Shown one piece after another: positions 47,516 through 56,618 of a DNA stretch of 64,000 nucleotides. The notes below the pieces were generated by a model that saw nothing but the letters and a program-made list of their open reading frames with translations, was not told the origin of the DNA and ran no database searches. Within the stretch, counting starts at the first letter, position 1. Each line of letters starts with the position of its first letter. A program made the position numbers and the translations under genes. Origin of the DNA: a virus; the IMG/VR virus record IMGVR_UViG_3300021135_000003, one strand, 5' to 3'.

Positions 47516-48859
47516 ATGAAAGATTATAGACAACTAATCAAAGAACTACCGAGTAAAACGATAGTTCTAGCCTGTGGAAAGTTTAACCCTCCGACTATCG
47601 GACATGAACTTCTTATAAAGGCTGTCAAATCTCTAGCCGAGCAGAAGAATGCCAGCTACGCCATTTATGCGTCCGATCTAAGCGACGCTAAAAAGAATCC
47701 TCTAATAGTAGAAAAGAAAGTACAGTATTTAAATCTGTTATTTCCGAATACACATTTTTCTACATACTCAGATAATATTAATGAAACAGTTTCTAAACTA
47801 AAAGAAACTTATCGAAAAGTTATCGTTGTTACAAGCGCAGATAAAGTAGCATCACTAAAGAAATCTTTGAAAGAAGCTACAGTTATATCAGCAATGGATA
47901 AAGATCCAGACAGCGAAGATACTACTCGTACTTATGCAGTTAAAGGTTTATACGAAGAGTTTAAAAAGAATTTACCTTCAGCAATTCGTGAAATTGATTC
48001 TCGTAGATTAATGAATGATTTAAGAGTTGGTTCAGGATTAGAACCAATCAAAGAAGAAATTAAATTAGTCAAAGATAATCTACGTGAACAATATTTCCGT
48101 GGTGAAATATTTAATGTTGGTGAACACGTTGAGTCAGATGGTCAAGAATATGAAATTATTAAACGTGGTTCTAATCATTTGTTGCTAAAAGAATCAACAG
48201 GTAAATTAGTAAGCAAATGGATTCAAAATGTTAAATTAATAGAAACCGATATGCAAAAGAAAAAATTAAAATCATTTAGAACTATCGCAGAAACTTACGA
48301 CCATCACCACGAAGAAGCGATGCAGCATAAAGATAATGCAGAGAAATCTAAAACTGCTGGTAACATGGGTGGTTATCATGCACATATGGTTAATCATCAC
48401 GACTCAATGGGTCGCTGGCATGAATCTAAAGGTAGACATTCTTCTGCTGAGCGTGAGTGGGAAAAAGCTGAACAACATCATAGCGAAGGATTAAAACATC
48501 CTTATGTTTCTGAAAGTGTTATTAAAGAAGAAACTAAAATTGAACACCATGCTGACCACAAGTTAATTGACCATGGTCATGCTGTTCAAATTAAAATTGG
48601 TAAAGAACACCACTCTAAGATTGGTAAACTACAACACGGGCAACGCCATTCTTTTAAAGAAAAAGATGGAGAGAATCACTGGGTTGCTGTAAAGCGTGGT
48701 GATCGTTTACATTTTTTACCTAATCATTTAGATACACAGACTATGTCTTCAATGTCTTGTCATATCGGTGCTGCTGACTGGAATGGTCCATCAGGTGCTG
48801 CTCCTCAAGATGGAAGACAACCATTTGATCCAATGAGTAGTTCGAATGCTGACGTTTAA
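47516..48859 (+). CDS. cytidyltransferase-like (HxGH) protein with His-rich C-terminal modules
   Basis: GKFNPPTIGH, KKNPL and REQYFRGEIFNVG motifs; CTS-like N-terminus MKDYRQLIKE. Confidence 0.75.
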   Translation: MKDYRQLIKELPSKTIVLACGKFNPPTIGHELLIKAVKSLAEQKNASYAIYASDLSDAKKNPLIVEKKVQYLNLLFPNTHFSTYSDNINETVSKLKETYRKVIVVTSADKVASLKKSLKEATVISAMDKDPDSEDTTRTYAVKGLYEEFKKNLPSAIREIDSRRLMNDLRVGSGLEPIKEEIKLVKDNLREQYFRGEIFNVGEHVESDGQEYEIIKRGSNHLLLKESTGKLVSKWIQNVKLIETDMQKKKLKSFRTIAETYDHHHEEAMQHKDNAEKSKTAGNMGGYHAHMVNHHDSMGRWHESKGRHSSAEREWEKAEQHHSEGLKHPYVSESVIKEETKIEHHADHKLIDHGHAVQIKIGKEHHSKIGKLQHGQRHSFKEKDGENHWVAVKRGDRLHFLPNHLDTQTMSSMSCHIGAADWNGPSGAAPQDGRQPFDPMSSSNADV

Positions 48860-49238
48860 AGACTATGTTTCTGATAGAGAAGCAATTGATGAGGCAACAA
48901 CTTCATCAAGAATGCATGCTAAGTTTAGATTAAGAACTAGCAAAACTAAACGTAAACAAAGAAGTAAAATAGCAACACATACTGTTGCTAATGGTAAGAA
49001 AGCTGAAAGCAGAGCCAGAAGAATGGCTATTAGAATGATGAAGAAAAGAATGTTGCGTGGTAGAAAGTTACGTAATCTAGCACCAGATGAAAAAGCAAGT
49101 ATTGAAAAGCGTATGAAAACAAAAATGGCGCAGATTAAACAAATGACTTCAGGTCTAGTTGCGACAGTTAGAAGAATTGAAAAATCAAGATTAACCCATG
49201 GGGAAGTTTCTCGTGGAAAAACTAGAAGAGTATTTTAA
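48846..49238 (+). CDS. highly basic putative internal head protein
   Basis: MLTFKDYV...IDEA leader followed by an Arg/Lys/Met-rich body. Confidence 0.7.
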   Translation: MLTFKDYVSDREAIDEATTSSRMHAKFRLRTSKTKRKQRSKIATHTVANGKKAESRARRMAIRMMKKRMLRGRKLRNLAPDEKASIEKRMKTKMAQIKQMTSGLVATVRRIEKSRLTHGEVSRGKTRRVF

Positions 49239-49685
49239 ATGGATGAATTAAAAACCGCAATTAAAGTATTGTTGGCAAATGCTACTGTCATGTATTATAA
49301 AACACACCAATTCCATTGGAACGTAGAAGGTATTTTATTTACACAATATCATGCATTCTTTGAAGAAGTTTACGTTGATGTATATAATTCTATTGATCCT
49401 ACTGCAGAACTGCTACGTAAGATTGATGACTATGCGCCAGTAAGTATTGATGAGTTATACAAATATAAAACAATCGAAGAAGAATCAACTAGATTAATAC
49501 TTCTTTCTGATATTTTGCAAAAGTTAATCGAAGCAAATCAAGAAGTGATTAACAGCCTAAATAAAGTGTTCGAACTAGCAAATGCAAATAAACAACAAGG
49601 TATTTGTAATTTTATTGCTGACCGAATCGATACACATCAGAAACATGGATGGTGGTTAAAAACATCCGCAAAGAAAATAGGTTAA
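49239..49685 (+). CDS. dps: Dps/ferritin-like protein
   Basis: HQFHWNVEG..F..YH.FFEE.Y, D..AE and H.KHGW motifs. Confidence 0.9.
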   Translation: MDELKTAIKVLLANATVMYYKTHQFHWNVEGILFTQYHAFFEEVYVDVYNSIDPTAELLRKIDDYAPVSIDELYKYKTIEEESTRLILLSDILQKLIEANQEVINSLNKVFELANANKQQGICNFIADRIDTHQKHGWWLKTSAKKIG

Positions 49686-49686
49686 T

Positions 49687-50880
49687 ATGAAATCATTCCA
49701 AACATATTTAAAAGAAGAAGCCGAAGGTGCTAAGTTAAAGCACATTACGCATCCTGAAGATCGTCCATTAATGCATGGTCACGAAGGATTTGAACATGCT
49801 CATGGTGCTTTAATGCACGCACATGAACATATGAAAGCTGGTAAGAACAATAGTAACCTTACCACTAAGTATGATGGTTCTCCTGCTGTAGTTTTCGGCA
49901 CTCATCCTAAGAATGGTAAATTCTTTGTTGCTTCTAAATCAGCATTTAATAAAGAACCAAAGATTAATCATACTGATGCTGACATTGACAAGAATCATGG
50001 CCACGCTCCAGGTCTTGCCACTAAATTAAAAGCTGCGTTACATCACCTACCTAAAGTTACACCAAAAGGTAAAGTATATCAGGGTGATATTATGCACTCT
50101 GAGGGTGATGTTAAACACGATAAAAAATCTGGTAAAGCATCCTTTACTCCTAACACTATTACCTACACTGCGCATGGTGAAGAAGCCAAGAAAGCTACAA
50201 AAGCAAAAGTAGGTGTTGCTGTTCATACTCAATATCATGGTAAAGATATTCAATCATTATCTGCTCATCATGAAGTTAATCATCACGAATTTGGTCAGCA
50301 TCCTGATGTTCACCACCATGATGCCAGCTATGATACTAGCACAGCAAATCATTCTAAACAAAATCAAGATGAGTTTCATAAACATATGGCAGCTGCCAAA
50401 GCAGTTCATGACACTCATGGCGACAAAATGTATAATGCTATTCACCCAGCGCATAGTGGTGAACATGGTCATCTAGCAACATACATTAACTCAACTGTTA
50501 GAAATAACACTACTCCAAACGTAAAAGATTTTAAATCTCATCTTGAAGCCCACCATGCTAAGCAAGTTGCTGGTGTTAAGACAGAAAAAGCCCAAGAACA
50601 AAAACGTGCAAAAGGTAAAGAAGAAATTGCCCACGTTGAGAAAAACAAAGGGCATTATGAGAATACATTAACTGCTCATAATCATTTGGCAGCAGCAAAG
50701 AATACATTAGTTAAATCTTTAGAAAGTGGTCATAGTAATTATGAACACCACATCGAAGGTAAAGAATCCAAACCAGAAGGTTTTGTTATTAATCATGAAC
50801 ACAATGGTAAAACAGAACCATCTAAACTTGTGAATCGTGCTGAGTTCGCAAGATCAAATCTTTTAAAGGTGCGTAAATGA
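49687..50880 (+). CDS. His-rich DUF6267-like protein with ligase-type nucleotidyltransferase motifs
   Basis: KYDGSP (motif I), YQGD, EGFVI and KLVNR; N-terminus MKSFQTYLKEE. Confidence 0.7.
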   Translation: MKSFQTYLKEEAEGAKLKHITHPEDRPLMHGHEGFEHAHGALMHAHEHMKAGKNNSNLTTKYDGSPAVVFGTHPKNGKFFVASKSAFNKEPKINHTDADIDKNHGHAPGLATKLKAALHHLPKVTPKGKVYQGDIMHSEGDVKHDKKSGKASFTPNTITYTAHGEEAKKATKAKVGVAVHTQYHGKDIQSLSAHHEVNHHEFGQHPDVHHHDASYDTSTANHSKQNQDEFHKHMAAAKAVHDTHGDKMYNAIHPAHSGEHGHLATYINSTVRNNTTPNVKDFKSHLEAHHAKQVAGVKTEKAQEQKRAKGKEEIAHVEKNKGHYENTLTAHNHLAAAKNTLVKSLESGHSNYEHHIEGKESKPEGFVINHEHNGKTEPSKLVNRAEFARSNLLKVRK

Positions 50881-51947
50881 AATCATTTAAATCATTCTTA
50901 AACGAAGAAATTTATTTCGAAGATAATCTAACAGAAGCTGCTGACGATGCTTCTAAAGAAGGTGGCGTTTCCAATAATACTAAAGGTGTTCTTCATGAAC
51001 TTTTAGTTGGCAAACATTTAAACAATGGTCAGCATATGTCTAAACATGAAAATGCTGAAGGTGAAACACCACAACAAGCGCATGATCGTTTAAAGAAACA
51101 GATTCATCCTAATGATTATAAACGTATTGAAGCAAATGCCAAAAGCGCAGCTGCAGATATTCATAAGAACATCCAAGCAACTCATCCAGGTCATGTAATT
51201 CATGGAGTTCATTGGACTTCAAAACCTGGAGATACAGAAAAAGTAACTGGTGTTAAAGCAACTCAGAAACAAGACTCTTCAGATATCTATATTTCTACTC
51301 ACCACCCTAAGAAACCTAAAGATGAAACCCATCATGGTTATAGTTTAAAGGTTAGTGATAAATCTAGTAAGAATGTTCCATCATCAAGTCTTGGTATGAA
51401 ATCAAGTGGTGAAAAGGCGCAATCGCTTTATAAAGAACACCAAAAGAAAATTAAAACGATGCATCCTGAGTTAGAAGGTAAGAACGAAGAAGCACGTAAA
51501 GAATGGGCACAAAAGAACCCAGAGAAACACAATCAAGTTAAAGCTGAAAATAAAAAACTATTGGCCAATGTTGCGCATCACCATGCTGCTGAATTACAAC
51601 ATCATTTAGATTCTGGTAATCATGAACACGTAGTTAATCATATCCGTGATGTTCTTGCAGCTAAAAGTACTCCAGCTGCAGAAGCTGGTAAAGCAAACTT
51701 CTCTAAACATACTACATACCAAACTGCAAAGGGTGTTCAACATCATACAGCAAACCCAGCTCAAGATTATGAACATATTCTAAAAGATCATAAGAATATT
51801 AAAGTAAAAGCAAGTGGTGGCTCTGTTCATTTTAGTCACACTGATCCAAAAACTGGTAAAGAAACAAAGTTTGCTTCTCAAGCGCATAAGTTTGATTCAC
51901 AAAGCGATCCATTATCAACAATTAAAAGCGCAGGTAAAGCTGTATGA
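50877..51947 (+). CDS. His-rich putative PD-(D/E)xK-like nuclease, internal head protein
   Basis: GVLHE, SDIYI and GYSLK motifs; N-terminus MKSFKSFLNEE. Confidence 0.55.
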   Translation: MKSFKSFLNEEIYFEDNLTEAADDASKEGGVSNNTKGVLHELLVGKHLNNGQHMSKHENAEGETPQQAHDRLKKQIHPNDYKRIEANAKSAAADIHKNIQATHPGHVIHGVHWTSKPGDTEKVTGVKATQKQDSSDIYISTHHPKKPKDETHHGYSLKVSDKSSKNVPSSSLGMKSSGEKAQSLYKEHQKKIKTMHPELEGKNEEARKEWAQKNPEKHNQVKAENKKLLANVAHHHAAELQHHLDSGNHEHVVNHIRDVLAAKSTPAAEAGKANFSKHTTYQTAKGVQHHTANPAQDYEHILKDHKNIKVKASGGSVHFSHTDPKTGKETKFASQAHKFDSQSDPLSTIKSAGKAV

Positions 51948-52363
51948 TTTCCTTTAAAGAATACTTAGAAGAAGCCAAGCGTGGATTGTGGGATAACATC
52001 CATGCTAAACAAGAAAGAATTAAGAATGGTTCTGGTGAACATATGCGCAAACCAGGAAGCAAAGGTGCTCCAACTGATGCAGCATTAAAAGCGTCTCAAA
52101 CAAATGAAGCAGCAGTTGACGCAAAAGGATATAAGTCATCTACTGGTGGGCTAACACAAAAAGGTCGTGATCACTATAATGCACAAGGTGGTCATTTAAA
52201 GGCTCCAGTTACTACACCACCTTCAAAGTTAAAGGCTGGTAGTAAAGCTGCCAATCGTAGAAAATCTTTTTGTGCACGTATGAGTGGCGTTGATGGTCCA
52301 ATGAAGAAACCTAATGGTGAACCAACTCGTAAAGCACTAGCATTAAGAAAATGGAATTGTTAA
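51944..52363 (+). CDS. basic DUF6321-like putative internal head protein
   Basis: RRKSFCARM...RKALALRKWNC; N-terminus MISFKEYLEE. Confidence 0.7.
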   Translation: MISFKEYLEEAKRGLWDNIHAKQERIKNGSGEHMRKPGSKGAPTDAALKASQTNEAAVDAKGYKSSTGGLTQKGRDHYNAQGGHLKAPVTTPPSKLKAGSKAANRRKSFCARMSGVDGPMKKPNGEPTRKALALRKWNC

Positions 52364-52364
52364 A

Positions 52365-55235
52365 ATGATTACCTATAACGAATTAAAAGAAAAATGTACT
52401 TGCTGGACAGGTTACAAACGTAAACCTGGAACTGCACCATGCGCTGAAGGAAGCTGTGTGAAAGAAGAACTAGAAAAACACCACGCATTAGCGTTTGGTC
52501 GTATGAACCCAATTACTTCTGGCCATGAGGCAGTAGTTAATAAACTTCATTCAGTTGCCAAAGAACATAATGCTACTCATAGTCTTGTAGTTTCTCATAG
52601 CCAAGATTCTAAGAAGAATCCTTTATCTGCTGAACAAAAAGTTAATCACGCTAAACACGCATTCCCTGGAACAAATGTAACTGCTGCTAGTAAAGAAGCA
52701 CCTACAATCCTCCACCATGCTGCAGCTGCTCATGCTGCTGGCGCAACTCACTTACATGTAGTTGCTGGTTCTGATCGCCATGAAGAGATGCATAATCTTC
52801 TTCATAAATATAATGGTCAGAATGCTGCTCATGGCAATTATAATTTTAAAAAGATAACAGTACATTCTTCTGGTGAACGTGATCCAGATGCAGAAGGAAC
52901 TACTGGTATCTCTGCAAGTAAAATGCGTGAACATGCTGCTTCTGGAAACAAAAAAGCATTCCACGCTGGAGCACCATCAAAAATGAAACCAGAACACAAG
53001 GACGCCATGTATAACGATGTGCGTAAAGGTATGAACTTAAAAGAAGAAACTATGGATCAACAAGACGATCACGCTAAACAACTAAAGCGTTTTAAAGACC
53101 AAATGACCAAAGGTAATGGTCCAAAAATAGATCCTGAACTTGCTTTAGATAAAAAAGAAAAAGCAGCTATGGGTGTTAAAGAACATCTAGATGCTAACGC
53201 TGGCGCAGGTGCTTGGATTAATGATTTTATTTCTTCAACTAATCCACGTTTTAATAATAAGTCTAAATCAGAACGTCGCAAAATGGCTATTGGTGCTTAC
53301 ATGGCTGCCAAAGCAAAAGGTATGAAAGAAGAATTTGAAATTGAAGAAGGATATGATAAAACTTCTGCAATGCATAAAGCTGCTAAACAAGCTGCTCAAG
53401 GTTTTGATGGTAAAGCAATCTACCATCCAAATGGTCACGCAGAAGTAAGAATGCGCGCAATGGTTCATGGTCATAGTACTGTTAATCCGCATGGAACAGT
53501 TTTAATGTCTGGTGAGGAAAAAGCCAAACGTGCTGCTAAAGAACATGGTGGCAAAGCTGAAGGTAGTATAGTTCATTTTAAAGAAGGTACTCTTCAAGGT
53601 AACGTAGCTGGTGGTGATGCAATGAACACAACTACTTCTGCTCCATCAGATAATAAAATGCCAGCAGGTAGTGTTAAGAAAGTTAAAGGATTCAAATTTT
53701 TTAATGGCACAAATGAACCAAATACTCAAATGGCAGTTAAAGAAGAAACTCTAGATGAACGTAATAAAGCCAATGCTCTTATGCGTAAAACTATGGACGC
53801 TTCTCGTGGTGCTCGTTACAAATTAAACAATCCAGTTCCTGCTGCTGAACCAGAACATAAAACTGCCCAAGCGCATAATAAAGCAATTGGTCGTGCGCTA
53901 CGTAATGAAGGTACCATAGAAACTTCAACTGGAAGAGTTCATAAAAAAGATGAATGGGAAGGATATCCTTCTACATTTAAAGATAAAGACGATAACAAGT
54001 TACTAAAAGGTAATGAACGTAGTCGAATGAATAAAGCAATCCCTCCAAACGATAAGTTAAAGGAAGCTGCTACTGGTAATCCAGGAAATGGTTACCATGG
54101 TGCTGTTCAAAGTCCAGATGAGAAATATGAAGCAACACATAAACATGTTAAGAACTTAACTGACGCTGATGATAAGACAGTTAAACATTATCTAGATTCT
54201 GCTCATGGTCGCCATTTGGCTGGTCGTGAAGAAGATCATGAGTATATTAAAAAGGACTTTAAGAAATTTAAAAAGTATTATCGTCCAGAAATGCATGAGT
54301 CAACTGAGATGGCTAGATTAGATCTTCAAACTATTATTAACAATGTTAATAGAGTTAAACCAATGGTTGATAAAGAAACTGATCTACCAGATTGGATTGA
54401 ATCTAAGATTACTATGGCTGCAGATTATATCAAGTGCGTAAGCGATTATATCGAAGCAGCAGAACAAATCGGAACTGGATTAGAAGAAGAAACTGCTCCA
54501 GTTGGTAAAGTTCAAAAAATTGATAAAAAAACCGCAGTAATAAAATTACATCCTAATGGTGCAGCTTCTGACACCGATGAGGGTTGGGCTAAACCAAAAA
54601 TTAAAGAGGGAACTATGAAATCATATAAAGATTTTTTACAAGGATTAGATGAGGCTTCTAAAAAGAAACCAGCATGGCTTCTTGATGCTGAATTAAATGC
54701 AGAGAAGAAAGAAGGCAAACTTAAAGAAGCAAAAGAAGGCAGTGCTGAAGATAAAAAAGAAGATAAAGCTGGTATGAAGCGTACTGGGATGACTGCCAAA
54801 GAATGGGAAAAGTCTGCTGAAGATAAAAAAGAAGATATGCAGGAAGCTAATTGGATCAAGGGTGCTATTAAACATCCAGGCGCAATGACTGCTGCTGCAA
54901 AACGTGCTGGCGAAACTAACGCTGAGTACGAACAGCAACATAAACACGATTCTGGTAAAGCAGGTCGTCGTGCTCGTCTAGCATTAACTTTAAAGAAAAT
55001 GCATGAAGAACAGATTAATGAATATGAAGCAGATAAGAATGGTGTTTATCGTCATACTAAGAAAGCCACTTACGGAACATCTTATGTTGATCCAGAAGGT
55101 GCTGACGAAACTGCTGCTGATCTAAAGAAAAAAGAAAAGAAAACAGCTGGACGTAAAGCAGGTTCAGGTGCTGGTGTATACAAGCCACGTGCAACAATGT
55201 CCAAGTTAAAACAACTTGGCGCAACTTATAAATAA
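52365..55235 (+). CDS. large modular protein: cytidyltransferase domain plus many short modules (putative polyprotein)
   Basis: FGRMNPITSGH, KKNPL, AGSDR, GERDPD and ISASKMR motifs, then repeated (L/I/V/M)xE boundaries. Confidence 0.8.
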   Translation: MITYNELKEKCTCWTGYKRKPGTAPCAEGSCVKEELEKHHALAFGRMNPITSGHEAVVNKLHSVAKEHNATHSLVVSHSQDSKKNPLSAEQKVNHAKHAFPGTNVTAASKEAPTILHHAAAAHAAGATHLHVVAGSDRHEEMHNLLHKYNGQNAAHGNYNFKKITVHSSGERDPDAEGTTGISASKMREHAASGNKKAFHAGAPSKMKPEHKDAMYNDVRKGMNLKEETMDQQDDHAKQLKRFKDQMTKGNGPKIDPELALDKKEKAAMGVKEHLDANAGAGAWINDFISSTNPRFNNKSKSERRKMAIGAYMAAKAKGMKEEFEIEEGYDKTSAMHKAAKQAAQGFDGKAIYHPNGHAEVRMRAMVHGHSTVNPHGTVLMSGEEKAKRAAKEHGGKAEGSIVHFKEGTLQGNVAGGDAMNTTTSAPSDNKMPAGSVKKVKGFKFFNGTNEPNTQMAVKEETLDERNKANALMRKTMDASRGARYKLNNPVPAAEPEHKTAQAHNKAIGRALRNEGTIETSTGRVHKKDEWEGYPSTFKDKDDNKLLKGNERSRMNKAIPPNDKLKEAATGNPGNGYHGAVQSPDEKYEATHKHVKNLTDADDKTVKHYLDSAHGRHLAGREEDHEYIKKDFKKFKKYYRPEMHESTEMARLDLQTIINNVNRVKPMVDKETDLPDWIESKITMAADYIKCVSDYIEAAEQIGTGLEEETAPVGKVQKIDKKTAVIKLHPNGAASDTDEGWAKPKIKEGTMKSYKDFLQGLDEASKKKPAWLLDAELNAEKKEGKLKEAKEGSAEDKKEDKAGMKRTGMTAKEWEKSAEDKKEDMQEANWIKGAIKHPGAMTAAAKRAGETNAEYEQQHKHDSGKAGRRARLALTLKKMHEEQINEYEADKNGVYRHTKKATYGTSYVDPEGADETAADLKKKEKKTAGRKAGSGAGVYKPRATMSKLKQLGATYK
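55227..55234 (+). promoter_or_regulatory. T4-type late promoter
   Basis: Exact TATAAATA. Confidence 0.7.
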
Positions 55236-55264
55236 CTTAAAGTCCAAATTCAAGGAGAATAAAA

Positions 55265-56179
55265 ATGGCACTATGGGGAAATCAAGACACATTAGCGTCT
55301 TCACCAAAAAATATCGCTAGAAAGGCAATTTTTGATGCCACTAGCACTAGCATTGTAAATACAACTAATAAAACAATCAGCTTAGTTAATTCTACTACTA
55401 ACTTTACTAATGGTGATGCCGTTCTGTATTCTGTTAATGGTGGAACAGCATGTACTGGTCTAACAGATGCAACTGTTTATTATGTTCGTCGCGTAGATTC
55501 TTTCAACGTAGCGTTATATGATACTCTTGCTCATGCTGTTGCTGGCGGTGCAACTGGTTTGGTTAATATTAGTGCAGTTGGTACTGGTACTACTCATTCT
55601 TTACAGCGTTATGCTAACACTGCAAATACTAATTCTGGTAGTGGTAAAGCAGGTAATAACACTTCAGTATTCTTAGTTACTAAAGAAGAAGCCCAAACAC
55701 CAGAAAATAGAGCAAAAGGAATTAAAGGTCCAGGCTGGTATAATTATCTAACTTATACTGCTGCTGACAGTTCAGTTCGCAATAAAGTAGAAAAACTTAT
55801 TGCTTTTGAATCTGAAGTAACTGAAACATCTTCAAACTACGTAACTACTAATGATCCATTAGTTTCTGGTTTAATTACTATCGGTACACAACCTTCTAGC
55901 GTTGCTGGTGCTTCTACACCATACACTGGTACATTCGCAGTTGCTGCGACTATTACTGGTAACGGAACTATTGGTTACCAATGGCAAGTTTCTACAGATG
56001 GCGGAACTACTTACACTAACGTAACTAACGCTGGCGTATATAGTGGCGCAACAACTAATACTCTAACATTGACTGCTGCTGCTAAAGCAACATACAATAA
56101 CTACAAGTATCGTGCTGTTCTAAGTGCTACTGACTACACAACTCAGACTTCTGCTGCTGCAACTCTAGTTTACGCTTAA
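55265..56179 (+). CDS. virion structural/decoration protein with C-terminal Ig-like domain
   Basis: MALWG start; Thr/Ala/Gly-rich; YQWQVSTDGG...TLTL...YKYR Ig-like pattern; AAGGAG RBS. Confidence 0.8.
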   Translation: MALWGNQDTLASSPKNIARKAIFDATSTSIVNTTNKTISLVNSTTNFTNGDAVLYSVNGGTACTGLTDATVYYVRRVDSFNVALYDTLAHAVAGGATGLVNISAVGTGTTHSLQRYANTANTNSGSGKAGNNTSVFLVTKEEAQTPENRAKGIKGPGWYNYLTYTAADSSVRNKVEKLIAFESEVTETSSNYVTTNDPLVSGLITIGTQPSSVAGASTPYTGTFAVAATITGNGTIGYQWQVSTDGGTTYTNVTNAGVYSGATTNTLTLTAAAKATYNNYKYRAVLSATDYTTQTSAAATLVYA

Positions 56180-56195
56180 TAAATAAATTATGTAA

Positions 56196-56219
56196 GGTGG
56201 GGAGGTTTTTCTCCCCATC
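56196..56219 (+). terminator. hairpin, probable terminator
   Basis: GGTGGGGAG-GTTTTT-CTCCCCATC. Confidence 0.6.
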
Positions 56220-56240
56220 ACTCTTTGAAGGTATTATGGT

Positions 56241-56618
56241 GTGAATGAAAAGTTAAATGAATCGAATTTTCTACTTTATGCGATGCATCATTATGATAAC
56301 ACTCAGTGTTATAGTTTAGCAGAGTTCGAAGATGATTTAAAAAAGTTTTTATATCTTAAGAAACTAATATCTCGATATAAAAACAATGGCGATTTAAAAG
56401 AAAGACTAATACTCAATCATATAATCGTTCTTTATAATCTATTCGGTGAAGCTACTACTAAGATGTTATTTTATAAAGTAGATGAAGAGTGCTGGGATAT
56501 TCTAACAACATTCCTAGTATATCTTGATAGGATGCCAGAATCTTTACCTGATTTTGGCATAGTGTTATCGGAAGTTGTATTAGATGAGAAAGTTATCTCA
56601 ATACTAAGGAAGATCTAA
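56241..56618 (+). CDS. conserved T4-like hypothetical
   Basis: LNESNFLLYAM.HYDN, EFEDDLK and LKERLILNH motifs. Confidence 0.8.
   Translation: MNEKLNESNFLLYAMHHYDNTQCYSLAEFEDDLKKFLYLKKLISRYKNNGDLKERLILNHIIVLYNLFGEATTKMLFYKVDEECWDILTTFLVYLDRMPESLPDFGIVLSEVVLDEKVISILRKI

Noticed and set aside
54744-54840. Short direct repeat GCTGAAGATAAAAAAGAAGATA
   Set aside because: Two copies encoding AEDKKED within a protein module; this is a coding repeat, not an array
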